NCBI GenBank assembly: GCA_030390025.1
Contig: CM059432.1
Coordinates: 7,564,001-7,628,000, forward strand
Direction: 5' to 3'
Length of the DNA: 64,000 bases
DNA from: Squalus acanthias
Lineage: Eukaryota
Of the stretch, positions 12,330 to 25,577 are shown piece by piece. A program made the position numbers and the translations under genes. Numbering within the stretch: position 1 is the stretch's first letter; the number at the start of each line of letters is the position of its first letter. Under the pieces are notes generated by a model that did not search any database, was not told where the DNA came from, and saw only the letters and a program-made list of their open reading frames with translations.

Positions 12330-13485
12330 TCTTTTGTTTATTCATTCACGAGCTGTGGGCGTATTTATTGCAGTCCCTAATTGCCCTTGAGAAGGTGTTG
12401 GTGAGCTGTTGCAGTCCGTCTGTGGAATTCTCTGCCCCAGAGAGCTGTGGAGGCTGGGTCATTAAATACATTTAAGGTGGAGAAAGACAGATTTTTGAAC
12501 AATAAGAGAGTGATGGGTTATGGGGAGCGGACAGGAAAATGGAGCTGAGCCCAAGATCAAATCAGCCATGATCTCATTAAATGGTGGAGCAGGCTCGAGG
12601 GGCCAAATGGCCGACTCCTGCTCCTATTTCTTATGTTCTTATGTCCTTCTTATGTCTTCTTTGTAGTGGTTTGGTACAACTGAGTGGCTTGCTGGGCTAT
12701 TTCAGAGGGACAGTTAAGAGTCAACCACATTGCTGTGGGTCTGGAGTCATATATAAGCCCAGACCGGGTAAGGACGGCAGATTTCCTTCCCTAAAGGACA
12801 TTAGTGAACCAGATGGGTTTTTATGACAATCCGGTGGTTTCATGGTCACCATTACTGATACTAGCTTTTTATTTGTCCTAACTCGCACCAAGTCCCATTC
12901 GCCCATCACCCCTGTGCTCGCTGACCTACATTGGCTCCCGGTTAAGCAACGCCTCGATTTCAAAATTCTCATCCTTGTTTTCAAATCCCTCCATGGCCTC
13001 GCCCCTCCCTATCTCTGTAATCTTCTCCAGCCCTATAACCCTCCGAGATTTCTGCTCTCCTCTAATTCTGCCCTCTTGAGGATCCCTGATTATAATCGCT
13101 CAACCATTGGCGGCCGTGCCTTCTGTTGCCTCGGCCCTAAGCTCTGGAATTCCCTGCCTAAACCTGTCCACCTCTCTGCCTCTCTTTCCTCCTTTAAGAC
13201 GCTCCTTAAAACCTACCTCTTTGACCAAGCTTTTGATCACCTGCCCTAATTTCTCCTTATGTGGCTCGGTGTCAAATTTTTTGTCTTTTAACAAACCCGT
13301 GAAGCACCTTGGGACGTTTTACTACGTTAAAGGCGCTATATAAATACAAGTTGTTGTTGTTGTTGTTGGTATTCTGGATTTATTTAATTAACTGAATTTA
13401 AATTCCCTTAAACTCATGTCCCCAGATCGTTAGTCCAGGCCTCTGGATTACTAATCCAGTAACATAATCACGATGCTACCGTTCC
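12330..13485 (-). mobile_element. LF-SINE-like element interrupted by a CR1 3' end (12420-12655, +) and an L2 3' end (12871-13367, +)
   Basis: Tail TTATTGCAGTCCCTAATTGCCCTTGAG, core CCAGATGGGTTTTTATGACAATCC, tRNA-like head near 13420-13485; L2 piece LHWLPVKQRLDFK...FKTLLKTYLF with (TTG)n tail. Confidence 0.65.
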
Positions 13486-14019
13486 CAAGTGCAGCCCAAA
13501 AGATTTGGCGGCAAATAATAAGCGGGATTGGTTTTGAAAAGAGCTGACAATTAAACCTGATGCCAAAGCTGCTCAGCTAAGCTCAGCCGTGCGTGAGTAG
13601 ATTTCTCCGTCACAAACAGGCACCCACTTAAGATATGTACTTTTTTTTTCAGAGTTTGACTGCAATCTGCCAGTGGGACTATTCATCGATCAGGCCTCTC
13701 TACACTTGCAGACAAGCACTTAGATTTTTTTTTTGCTCTTTGCCTTGGAAAATGTGCCGGTCTGCTGAACTACTTATCACTGTCAGTCAGCAAGTACAAG
13801 GCTGACTGTTTTTGTTTTGCTTCTAGCATAGTTTCCCTGGAAAGCTAATCATCTACTGCTCATACCCAGGGGCAATTTCAGCTTGTTGTTTACACTTCAT
13901 TACAAAATGTGTCACTTGCTTAATGCTAGTCATCTTCCAGACTGAGTGTTTTACTTGATGAGTGCGACTTGTGTCATCTTCATTGTTTTCTACTACAGTT
14001 CCCTTCCATTACAAGGCTT

Positions 14020-14728
14020 TTCTTCTTCTTCTTAGGCAGTCCCTCGGAACCAAGGACGACTTGCTTCCGCATTAAAAATGAGTTCTCAGGTGACTGATGA
14101 GTCAGTCTCTGTCACAGGTGGGGCAGACAGTGGTTGAAGGGGCAGGTGGGTGGGGTGCTTGGGTTGACGTGCGCTCCTTGTGCTGCCTGCACTTGGCTTC
14201 CGCTTGTTCCCGGCGAAGAGACTCGAGGTGTTCGGCGCCTTCCCGGATGCTTCTCCTCCACTTTGTGCGGTCTTGGGTCAGGGATTCCCAGGTGCCGGTG
14301 GGGATGTTGCACTTTTTCAAGGAGGCTTTGAGGGTGTCCTTGAAGCGTTTCCTCTGCCCACCTGGGGCTCTCTTGCCGTGTCGGAGCTCCGAGTAGAGCG
14401 CTTGTTTTGGGAGTCTCGTATCGGGCATGCGGACGATGTGACCCGTCCATCGGAGCTGATCGAGTGTGGTCAAAGCTTCGATGCTGGGGATGTTGGTCTG
14501 AGCGAGAACACTGACGTTGGTGCGCCTATCCTGCCAATTGATTTGCAGGATCTTGCGGAGGCAGCGTTGGTGGTACCTCTCCAGTGCTTTGAGGTGCCTG
14601 CTGTACATGGTTCATGTCTCTGAAGCATACAGGAGGGCGGGTATCACTACTGCTCTGTAGACCATGAGCTTGGTGCTGGGTTTGAGGTCCTGGTCTTCAA
14701 ACACTCCCTTCCTCAGGCGACCGAAGGC
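14020..14728 (-). mobile_element. RTE-clade LINE 3' fragment
   Basis: ORF 14102-14608 HQRCLRKILQINWQD...QLRWTGHIVRMPDTRLPKQALY; (GAA)n tail; 11-bp TSD TTACAAGGCTT at 14009-14019 and 14729-14739. Confidence 0.92.
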
Positions 14729-14904
14729 TTACAAGGCTTACCATGCACTCGATCTCAGAACTTGTTTAACTCCCACATAAAGAAAGAACTTGCATTTGCT
14801 TCGAATTTACAGCACAGGAACAGGCCATTCGGCCCAACTGGTCTGTACTGGTGTTTATGCTCCACACGAGCCTCCTCCAACCCTTCTTCCTCTGACCCTT
14901 TCTG

Positions 14905-15372
14905 CATATCCTTCGTAGCACCTTTATATCGCATCTTTCACGATCTCACAATGTCCCAGAGTGCTTTACATCCAATTAAAAGTGCGTTTGAAATGTAGTC
15001 ACTGTTGTAAAGGAAATGCGGCAGCAAATCTACGCAGAGCAAGCTCCCACACTAGAAAAATGTGATAATGACCAGATAATCTCTTTTTACTGATGTTGGT
15101 TGTGTTGTAAATATTGGCCTAGGACACTGGGGAGAACTCACCCTGCTCTTCTTCAAAATAATGGCATGGGATGTTTTACATCCACCTGAGAGGGCAGAGG
15201 GGGCCTAGGTTTAATGTCTCATCTGAAAGACGGCACCTCTGACCAGTGCAGCACTCCTTCAAGTACTGCACTGAAGTGTCAGCCTAGATAATCTGCTAAA
15301 GAACCTGGAGTGGGACCTAGAACCCCTGACCTCATGGGCGCAAGGTCTATCCACTGAGCCACGACTGACACA
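14905..15372 (-). mobile_element. Deu-domain SINE
   Basis: Reverse copy of the 854-1307 family. Confidence 0.75.
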
Positions 15373-15408
15373 GTGAAGTCTGGTGTGGAAGCAAACACTG
15401 ACATTTCT

Positions 15409-16110
15409 AATTGTAATGCGACACAGGTTAGCAAGGCCATAAAAAAAGCAAACCAAGCACTAAGGTTTATTTCTGGAGGCATATAATTGAAAGGTAGGGA
15501 AGTTATGCTAAAGCTGTATGAAACCTTGGTTAGACCACACTTGGAGTACTGCGTACAGTTCTGGTTGCCATATTATAAAAAGGATATAGAGGCACTGGAG
15601 AGGGTGCAGAGAAGATTTACAAGGACGATACCAGAAATGCGAGGGTATGCATATCAGGAAAGGATGAACAGGCTGGGCCTCTTTTCTCTTGAAAAAAGAA
15701 GGCTGAGGGGTGACCTAATAGAGGTCTTTAAAATTATAAAAGGTTTTGATAGAGTGGATACAGAGAGAATGTTTCCACTTGTGGGGAAGAGCATAACTCA
15801 AGGCCATCAATATAAGATAGTCACCAAGAAATCCAATAGGGAATTCAGAAGAAACTTCTTTACCCAAAGAGTGGTGAGAATGTGGAACTCGCGACCACAG
15901 GGAGTGGTTGAAGAGAATAGTTTAGATGCATTTAAGGGGAGGCTGGACAAGCATATGAGGGAGAAGGGAATAGAGGGTTACGCTGATAGATTTAGATGAG
16001 GAAAGACAGGAGGAGGTTCGAGTGGAGCATAAACGCCGGCATGGACTGGTTGTGCCGAATGGCCTGTTTCTCTGCCGTATATCCTATGTAATCCTATGTA
16101 ATCCTATGTA
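15409..16110 (+). mobile_element. CR1 3' fragment
   Basis: ORF 15487-15999 LVRPHLEYCVQFW...RRNFFTQRVV; (ATCCTATGTA)n tail. Confidence 0.9.
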
Positions 16111-17749
16111 ATGGGCCACGTCTTCACCCCAAATTTGGAGCTCAATGGTACAAAGCAGATGGCAGCAGTCAGATGTGCATTTTCATTTAAAAAAATGAAC
16201 AAAGTGACGTAAGAAAACTACTAGGCACTTGGTCTAAGCGTTAAACAAAGCTTTAATCAACTGTTTTTCAACATGGAGGTCTAGTTGTGTCCTTCACTAG
16301 TTCCTGTTAAAGAATGTCCTGAGCAAGCTGGGCCCATGCCCGAGTATTTATACTCTCCCTGGACAGCGCCACCAGCAGGCCGCCCAATATTATTTCATAA
16401 GTCATTTCCACATGAATGACAAGATTCATGTCACAACGTTTATTTACAGCAGCACAGGCAGTTCCTCCATAACACCAGCCTCGGGACAGAGATGAGTGTT
16501 GAACGCACCCTGCAGAACTGAAGGGTTTAGGAGGAAGGCTTTGCTGTGCATTAGGCCCAGAGGAGGACAGGCAAAGCAGGCGGAATCCCAGCCAAAAAAA
16601 AAATACGTAAGAGGAGGGGGGCGTTTTTAGTGTTGGCTTGGCTCTTGCCTTTGAGTCAGAAGGTTAGAGGTTCAAGACCATTCCAGGCCTTGAGCATGGT
16701 AATCACTTCAGTAATTTTCAGCCACGAAAGGAGGCATCGGAAAAGTGATCTTGGAGAGGTTTAGAAGGTAGCTAAAGGAATGGAAAAGGTAAATCTGGAA
16801 TACTACTTTACATTGAATCATCAAAGAGGACACAGGTTCAAACCGGTGAAAGGTAAATTTAGGCCTGATATCAGAAAGATCTTCTCCACACAGAGTGTGA
16901 TCAATGTACAAAATAAGCATCCAGATGGAAGAGTGAGGCAAAAAACTCCGGAAGCATTTAAGAAATAATCGGATGCTGCAATGGGGGGACTTTAGGATCT
17001 TTCTAGATGGATGAACTTAAATGGGCCAAGTGGTCCCCCTCATCCATAGTTACCTTGTGAGACATTACGTGACAGAGGATGTTTTAGAAGGGTTCAGTCT
17101 GGGCTTTCCTCCTCGTGGTAATGCACAGCAACCACGACGTGGGGATTTGTGGAAAAAGATGTCTTCAGTCAGCAATGCCTTGAAAGGATTACTGTCAATC
17201 TGAGGCCAGAATCGGAGGGGCTCAGCGATCGTGGTGGGTTGTAAGGCTGGAGGATGTTACAGAGATAGGGAGGGGGGCGAGGCCATGGAGGGATTTGAAC
17301 ACAAGGAGAGTAAATTAAAATTGAGGCGTTGCCGGACCGGGAGCCAATGTAGGTCATACTTATAATCAAAGTTCCCTTACTTCATTTATCCTCAAACCCC
17401 TTGCCACACGAATAAGAAAAAAAATAAGAAACCACAAAATACACTATCCCATGTTACTAGACTAGCTGTGTGTCAGTCTTGGCTCAGCGATTGCAATCTT
17501 GCCTTTGAGTCAGAAGAATGTGTGTTCAAGCAACACTTTAGAGACTTGAGCTCGTAATCTAAGCTGACACTTCAGTGCAGTGCTGAAGGAGTGCCACTTT
17601 CAGCTGAGCTGTTGAATCAAGCTCCTGTTAGGGGTACAAAATAAAGATCCCGTTTGACACTATTCAAAGTAAAGAGAAAGTATTTCTATGGTTGAGCCTC
17701 ATTTACATTGATTTAGTCAGCTTGTTTCACCTCCATTAACATAACCAAA

Positions 17750-19445
17750 GTTACAGACATTCCCCGTGACTGTGACCAGGGTGCAGGATCCCTTTTTGTC
17801 CTCTTTGACCTCTCTACCACCTTAGACGTGGTTGACCATGCCATTTTCCTCCAATGCCTATGTCCCATTGTCCAGCTTGGTGAGTTCCACTCTCACCTAT
17901 CTGATCGTAGCCACAGCGTCTCTGTCATTACCTTCTCTTCCCATCCTGCACCTTCACCTTGGAAATCCCCCAAGGATCCATCCTTGGTCCCTTCCTCTTT
18001 CTCATCTACATGCTCATAGAATCATAGAATCATAGTAGATAGGAGCAGGAGTAGGCCATTCGGCCCCTCTAGCCTGCTCCGCCATTCAATGCGATCATGG
18101 CTGATCATCCAAATTCAGTACCCTGTCCCTGCTTTCTCCCCATATCCCTTGATCCCTTTAGCCTTAAGAAATATATCCAACTCCTTCTTGAATCTATTTA
18201 ATGAATTGGCCTCTACTGCCTTCTGTGGTAGAGAATTCCACAGGTTCACCACTCTCTGGGTGAAGAAATTCCTCCTAATTTCTGTCCTAAGTGGCTTACC
18301 CCTTATCCTTAGACTGTGACCCTTGGTTCTGGACTCCCCGACCATCGGGAACATCCTTCCTGCATCTAGTCTGTCTAGTCCTGTCAGAATTTTATAAGTT
18401 TCAATGAGATCCCCTCTCATTCTTCTAAACTCCAGCGAGTATAAGCCTAATCGACCCAATCTCTCTTCATACGTCTTCCCCTTGGTAGCATTGTCTGCAG
18501 GCATGGTGCTATCTTCCACTTATCTGTTGATGACATCCAGCTCTACTTCTCCACCACCTGGCTCAACCCCTCCACTGCCTTAGTGTTCTCAGACTGTTTG
18601 TCCGACATACAGCCTTGGATAATTCACTAAATCCCCAAATTAAACATTGGGAAGACATGAAACCATTACCTTTAGCCCCTGCCACAAAGTTTGTATCCTT
18701 TCCACTGACTCCATTTCCCTACCCAGCCACTGTTGTGAACTGAACCCGATTGTATGCAACTTCAATGCTAAGTTGAGCTCTCCCGATCCCATATCCTTCT
18801 CCAACACAAAGACCACTTACTTCCATCTCCGTAACATTGCCTGCTTCCGCTCCTTCCTCAGCCCATCTGCCTCTGAAATGGTCATCCTGCCTTTATCAGC
18901 TCTGGACTTGACTATTCCAATGCTCTTCCATTCTCAACCCTCTGCAAACTTCAGTTGATTCAAAACTCTGATGCCTGTATCCGATCCCACACCATGTCCC
19001 GCTCACTTATTGCTCCTGCCCTTGCTGATCTACTTCGACTCCTGGTCGTCCAAAACTTCAAAATTTAAAATTTCCATCCTTGTTTTAAAACCCTCCATGG
19101 CATCACAACTCCCTATCTCTGTAACCTTCTCTGATGCCACAACTCCCACCCACCCCAAACTCTTCGTTGCTCTGACTCTGGTTTCTGCATGCCCACCATT
19201 GGCTGCCGTTCCTTCACCCTGGGCCCCGCACTCTGGAGTTCCTTCTTCGGAACCTCTCAATCGCTCCAACTTCCTCTCCTCCTCGAAGACCCTCCTTAAA
19301 GTCCACCTCTTCGAACAAACACTTGGTCGCTACTCCTAACACCTACCTGCTCTGGCTCAGGGTCCATTTTCTTCCTTATACCTCTGTGAAGCACTTGGGC
19401 CGTTTTACTACATTTAAAAGGTGCTGTATATAAGTTGCTGTTGTT
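17750..19445 (+). mobile_element. Old L2 LINE fragment with a nested CR1 3' end (18016-18475, -)
   Basis: Degenerate VDHAI, GSILGP, TKTTYFHLRNIA, KTLLK motifs and TTG tail. Confidence 0.75.
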
Positions 19446-19540
19446 GGAAACAAGGGATCCCACTTCTTCCTGGTGGCAGCTTCCTGTGCAGATATAAATG
19501 CCCATCAGAAATATGCGCAAGACACACAATGGTCGGAGGT

Positions 19541-20035
19541 CATAGATACATAGATACATAGAAGATAGGAGCAGGAGTAGGCCATCCGGCCCTTCGAGCC
19601 TGCTCCGCCATTTAATGAGATCATGGCTGATCCTCCAATTCAGTATCCCGTCCCCGCCTTCTCTCCGTAACCCTTAACCCCTTTTGCCTGTAGAAATATA
19701 TCTAATTCCCTCTTAAATATATTTAATGAGCTGGCGTACACTGCCCTCTGTGGCAATGAGTTCCACAGGTTCACCACCCTCTGAGTGAAGAAATTCCCCC
19801 TCATTTCTGTCCTAAATGGTTTAGCCCTTATCCTTAAATTATGTCCTCTAGTTCTGTTCTCACCCGCCAAGGGAAACATTCCTTCTGCATCTAGTCTGTC
19901 TAGACCTGTCAGAATTTTATACACTTCTATGAGGTCCCCTCTCAATCTTCTAAACTCCAGTGTGTACATCCCTAAACTACATAGTCTCTCCTCATAGGTC
20001 AATCCCGCCATTCCTGGTATCAGCCTGGTGAATCG
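19541..20035 (-). mobile_element. CR1 3' fragment
   Basis: ORF 19640-20011; (ATAGATAC)n tail. Confidence 0.9.
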
Positions 20036-20309
20036 CCTGGTGAAGGTCCAGCATCATTCATCCATGACCATTTCTCCACCCCGTTATGTTGCATGTGCTT
20101 CTGTTTGTGAGGCGGAAGATCGGGAGACCCTCACGGAAATTCGACCACGAAGAGTTCTGAAATTTTGCTGCAGTCCTGAACCTCACAACAACCTGCCGTT
20201 TATTCTCTGTATGTGTAATATTATACCCTCTAGATGAAACGGGTAATATTTTAATTGCGTAATAGCCTTTTCTTCGTCAGGCAAGCGAGAGACTGTGAAT
20301 GTAGAACTG

Positions 20310-20797
20310 CATCCAAATCCTGGCTGCCCGTGTCCTAACTCGCACCAAGTCCCGTTCACCCATCACCCCCTGTGCTCGCTCACCTACATTGGCTCCCGGT
20401 TAAGCAACGCCTCGATTTTAAAATTTTCATCCTTGTTTTCAAATCCCTCCAGGACCTCGCCCCTCCCTATCTCTGTAATCTCCTTCAGCCCCACAACCCT
20501 CCGAGATATCTGCGCTCCTCCAATCCTGGCCTCTTGAGCATCCCTGATTGTAATCGCTCAACCATTGGCGGCCGTGCCTTCAGCCGCCTGGGCCCTAAGC
20601 TCTGGAATTCCCTCCCTAAACCTCTCTGCCTCTCCACCTCTCTCTCCTCCTTCAAGACGCTCCTTAAAACCTACCTCTTCTGCCCTAATACCTCCTTATG
20701 TGGCTCAGTGTCAAATTTTGCCTGATAATCGCCCCTGTGAAGCGCCTGGGACGTTTTACTACGTTAAAGGCGCTGTATAAATACAAGATGTTGTTGT
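20310..20797 (+). mobile_element. L2 LINE 3' fragment
   Basis: LHWLPVKQRLDFK...GPKLWNSLP...FKTLLKTYLF and TTG tail. Confidence 0.88.
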
Positions 20798-21194
20798 GAA
20801 AAATGTCCAAAATGTGGAGTGAATCTCAACAGCTGCAAACGGCCTGGCACAATGAGGTGATTTCCTTGGCAGAACATAAGTCAAGGACATCTTCGGCGCA
20901 TCATTCTTCCCAATGAGCACTTCCTTGAGAAAAATTTCAAGTTGAGTTTCTGTTGACATGCTTCATCGCTCTGCGGATCACAGCTGATCTCTGGACCATC
21001 AAATGCGCATCGGCTCATATCAGTCACATGTACCTCAGCGGTAAAAGTATTACATGGGCTCCCGGTCCAGTGGGCCGGTAACAGATGATTCATTCTTCAC
21101 CGATGCTAGTTGTCACTCAGCTATATTAAACCCAATTTGGAGGTTTGGAACAGGAGGAGGCCATTCAGCCCTTTGAGCTATTCATTTAGATTAT

Positions 21195-21397
21195 TGTGAG
21201 AAGTCACACAACACCAGGTTATAGTCCAACAGTTTTATTTGAAATCACAAGCTTTCGGAGCGCTGCTGACTTCACCTGACGAAGGGGCAGCAGCTCCGAA
21301 AGCTTGTGATTTCAAATAAAACTGTTGGACTATAACCTGGTGTTGTGCGACTTCTCACATTTGTCCACCCCAGTCCAACACCGGCATCTCCGCATCA
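21195..21397 (+). mobile_element. Short Penelope-like insertion (pLTR end plus inverted partial pLTR)
   Basis: Matches the pLTR of 28773-32620; 67-bp inverted arms 21195-21261 and 21293-21359; TSD TCATTTAGATTAT at 21182-21194 and 21395-21407. Confidence 0.88.
21272..21309 (+). ncRNA. Minimal type I hammerhead ribozyme motif
   Basis: tcac-CTGACGA-A-GGGGC(agca)GCTCC-GAAA-GC-TT-gtga; stem I TCAC/GTGA, palindromic AGCT stem III. Confidence 0.75.
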
Positions 21398-21547
21398 TTT
21401 AGATTATGGCTGATCTGTATCTTAACTCCATCTACCCGCCATGGTTTCGTAACCCTTAACACCCTTGCCTAACAAAAATCTATCAATCTCAGTTCTGAAA
21501 TTTTCAATTGAACCCCCCCCCCCCCCAGCCTTAACAGCTTTTTTTTT

Positions 21548-21674
21548 GATGCGGAGATGCCGGTGTTGGACTGGGGTGGACAAATGTGAGAAGTCGCACA
21601 ACACCAGGTTATAGTCCAACAGCTTTATTTGAAATCACCTGTTGGACTATAACCTGGTGTTGTGCGACTTCTCA
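21548..21674 (-). mobile_element. Second short Penelope-like insertion with inverted arm
   Basis: pLTR 3' end; perfect 36-bp inverted arms 21587-21622 and 21639-21674; flanked by CAGC(T)n on both sides. Confidence 0.85.
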
Positions 21675-22083
21675 GCTTTTTTTTTTGGCAGAGAGAGTTC
21701 CTGATTCCCACTACCCTTGTTGGTGCGGAGAAGTGCTTCCCGATGTCGTCACTGAGCAGCCCAGCTCTAATGTTAAGGTTCTGCCCCCATCCCCCCTTTT
21801 TTCTGGACTCCTCCCCACCAGAGGAAACTGTGCCAACCTGGAGATTATGTAAAAGAGAAAGGGTTGTCTCAGCAGAAATAGGAATTGTGCATAAGCCGTG
21901 GACGCATCCAACCCATTTATGCATGAAACGGCACGAGTGAGCTTCAATCAATCTCTCCAGGGTGTGCTTGTCAAACAGATTCTCCCAAAGCCATTCTCAG
22001 GGACACATCACATCACCGCCATTCATGTTTCATTTTATGCTCAGTTCCATTGACTCCGCGCAGATTGCAAGCAGGAGCATTTA

Positions 22084-25000
22084 GGGGTGATTTTCGCCAA
22101 ATACTTCAGGTGCTAAAGAGATAAAGAGGCGGGTGTCTCACGCTGAAATGTTGGTTTAGCCCGTGTTTAGCGCAAGACTGCGTCTTGGTAAAGGAGTTGA
22201 AAGCAACGTTAGGAACGGCCGCCCGGAGGCTCGCTAAACACCCGATTGACACTTAAATTGCCTGCTCGTGCTCATTAAAGAGGCTGCACAGTATTTTAGT
22301 GGCTGGCGCTTCAACTAACGCACTCTCCTAACAGCGACCAACTGTTTGGGAGTGAACACGGCGTTGATGTCGAGTTCTGAAGGGGGATTGACAGGGTAGA
22401 TGCTGAGAGGCTGTTTCCTCTGGCTGGAGTGTCTAGAACTAGGGGTCATAGTCTCAGGATAAGGGGTCGGCCATTTAAGACCGAGATGAGGAGGAATTTC
22501 TTCACTCAGAGGGTTGTGAATCTTTGGAATTCTCTGCCCCAGAGGGCTGTGAATGCTGAGTCTTTGAGTATATTCAAGGTTGAGATCGATGGATTTTTGG
22601 ACTCTAGGGGAATCAAGGGATATGGGGATCAAGCGGGAAAGTGGAGTTGAGGTCGAAGATCAGCCATGATCTTATTGAATGGCGGAGCAGGCTCGAGGGG
22701 CTCTTACTTCTTATGTACTTATGTTCAAGCGCTACTTAAAGGGATACTCACCATTTCATGGTCATTGCTGCTGGAGCTGTGAAGAGGACCTCTGAGACAC
22801 TTTGTCAAGACTTCACCAACACTGGAGCAACAGTTATTCTGGAAACTCTCCGAGGGCTTCACCTTAAAAGAGTGCGTGTTGTGCTGCTCCATCTTATTGG
22901 ACACCTTATAGGAATCACCAGGAGAACAACAACAACAACTTGTATTTATATAGCGCCTTTAACGTAGTAAAATGTCCCAAGGTGCTTCACAGGAATTTTA
23001 AAAAGACAAAAAATTGACACTGAGTCACATAAGAAATTAGGGCAGGTGACCAAAAGCTTGGTCAAAGAGGTAGGTTTAAAGGAACGTCTTAATGGAGGAA
23101 AGAGAGGTAGAGAGGCGGACAGGTTTAGGCAGGGAATTCCAGAGCTTAGGGCCTAGGCAACAGAAGGCACAGCTACCAAAGGTTGAGCGATTATAATCAG
23201 GGATGCTCAAGAGGGCAGAATTAGAGGAGCGCAGATATCTTGGGGGGTTGTGGGGCTGAAGGAGATTACAGAGATAGGAAGGGGACGAGGCCAGGGAGGG
23301 ATTTGTAAACAAGGATGAAAATTTTGAAATCGACGCGCTACTTAACCGGGAGCCAATGTAGACCAGCGAGCACAGGGGTGATGGGCGAACGGAACTTGGT
23401 GCGAGTTAGGACATGGGCAGCCGAGATTTGGATGACCTCAAATTTACATAGGGTGGAATCTGGGAGGCCGGCCAGGAGAGCATTGGAATAGTCAAGTCTC
23501 GAGGTAACAAACGCATGGATGAGGGTTTCAGCAGCGGATGAGCTGAGGCAATCATAGAATCATAGAAAGTTACAGCACAGAAGGAGGCCATTTCGGCCCA
23601 TCGAGTCCGCACCGGCCAGGGTGGAGCCGGGCGATGTTACGGGGGTGGAAGTAGGCGGTCTTTGTTATGCTGCGGATATGTGGTCGGAAGCTCATTTCAG
23701 GGTCAAATATGACACCAAGGTTGCGAACAGTGTGGTTCAGCCTCAGACAGATGTTCGGGAGAGGGATGGAGTCAGTGGCTAGGGAACGGAGTTTGTGGCG
23801 GGGACCGAAAACAATGGCTTCGGTCTTCCCAATATTTAATTGGAGAACATTTTTACTCATCCAGAACTGTATGTTAGACAAGCAGTCTGACAATTTAGAG
23901 ACCGTGGAGGGGTCGAGAGAAGAGGTAGTGAGGTAGAGCTGGGTGTCGTCAGCGTACACGTGGAAACTGACGCTGTGTTTTCGGATGATATTGCCAAGGG
24001 GCAGCATGTAGATGAGAAATAGGAGGGGGCCAAGGATAGATCCTTGGGGGACACCAGAGGTAACGATGCTGGAAGCGGGAAGAGAAGCCGTTGCAGGTGA
24101 TTCTCTGGTTGCGATTAGATAGATAAGAATGGAACCAGGCGAGTGCAGTCCCACCCAGCTGGACGATGGTGGAGAGGCGTTGGAGGAGGATGGAGTGGTC
24201 AACCGTGTCAAAGGTTGCTGACAAGTCAAGAAGGATGAGGAGGGATAGTGACCTTTGTCACAGTCACAAAGGATGTAATTTGTGACTTTGATGGGAGTGT
24301 CCAAGAGAGGGAGTGCTTGGTCATGAGCATCTTGCTCGGGGTCTCCCTTTGGTCTGGACGAGGAATGGGAGGAGGACATGAGGCCAGGCAGAGCAGCACC
24401 AGCTGCTGCAGGAGAGAGGGACAGGAGGGGCAGGAGGGCGAGGTGCGATCCTTGCCCCCTGCGGGTACAATACACCCTTCTTCCTCGGGACCTCCTCCAC
24501 CAGGACCTCCAGTGCCACGTCCAAGAACGTGCGCGCCATCTCCCTCGGTCCCTGAGCCATCCTGAAAGCTGCCGCTGTGTGATAGCCAGCGCACTCCACA
24601 CCATTAGTGGAAGTGAGTGCGTGGAGCCCACATATACTGCTTCACAAAAGTTGTGTCTAATCAGCGCTTGAGTGCTAAACCTGCAGGTTTCTGGTTAGTG
24701 CCTCCTGGCAAGTTCAAATTATGGTAATCAGCAATTAGGACCAAAATTGTGTGCCATCTTTCAGATGAGACGTTAAACCGAGGCCCCGTCTGCCCTCTCA
24801 GGGCGCTATTTCGAAGAAGAGCGGGGGAGTTATCCCCGGTGTCCTGGACCAATATTTATCCCTCAACCAACATCACAAAAACAGATTATCTGGCCATTAT
24901 CACATTGCTGTTTGTGGGATCTTGCTGTGTGCAAATTGGTGCCGCATTTCCCACATTACAACAGTGACTACACTTCAAAATTAGTTCATTGGCTGTAAAG

Positions 25001-25148
25001 CGCTTTGGGACGTCCGGTGGTCGTGAAAGGTGCTATAGAAGTGCAAGTTTTTCTTTCTTTATTTCTTAAATCCAAACTTTCAACTTTCAACTTATTAGCA
25101 CTGCACCCATTTAACGCCTGTTTTCTCCCTTTGGCCAAAATAATCCCC
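22084..25148. mobile_element. Degraded Harbinger element with nested CR1 (22385-22725), L2 (22926-24300) and Deu-SINE (24752-25060)
   Basis: Imperfect TIRs GGGGTGATTTTCGCCAA / TTGGCCAAAATAATCCCC; Myb-like N-terminus MAQGPREMARTFLDVALEVLVEEV...VLYPQG on minus strand near 24455-24560. Confidence 0.65.
22926..24300 (-). mobile_element. L2 LINE RT/3' fragment
   Basis: [40 protein letters not shown]; (CAA)n tail; about 65 bp of CR1 tail inserted at 23549-23615. Confidence 0.9.
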
Positions 25149-25577
25149 AAAGGGTTGTCTCAGCAGAGATAGGAATTTAGCATAAACAGTGGATTCATTC
25201 AACCCATTTATGCATGAAATGACACGAGTGAACTTCAATCAATCTCCCCAGGATGCTCTCGTCAAACAGATTCTCCCAAAGCCATTCTCAGGGACGCACC
25301 ACCAACTTTGCTCAATTCCATTGACTTCAAATATTACACATAGGAGCATCTAATGTTTTAAAACACCAGAATATGTCTTAAAAGGATTTTTCTTAAACCA
25401 TATAGTGAGTGCCTCAATTCAGGTTAATTTGAAGTTGGAAACTAGGTAGAACATTGGCAAAATAGGGCCGCACACCGATATAGACAACACACCCTCGCAT
25501 TCTGTGGCAGCTCTGGTGATACAGATACAAGTTGCTGGCAAGTGCAGTGAGCGCAGATCTGCTGGCAGCATTCAGAA

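Noticed and set aside
13640..13725. Poly-T acceptor with a short open frame
   Set aside because: No matching donor or recognisable peptide
21195..21674. CRISPR-like recurring 36-bp sequence
   Set aside because: Inverted Penelope pLTR pieces with no spacers and no cas genes; eukaryotic DNA
23570..24631. 353-aa ORF
   Set aside because: Chance read-through of off-frame Harbinger remnant, L2 RT and a CR1 tail
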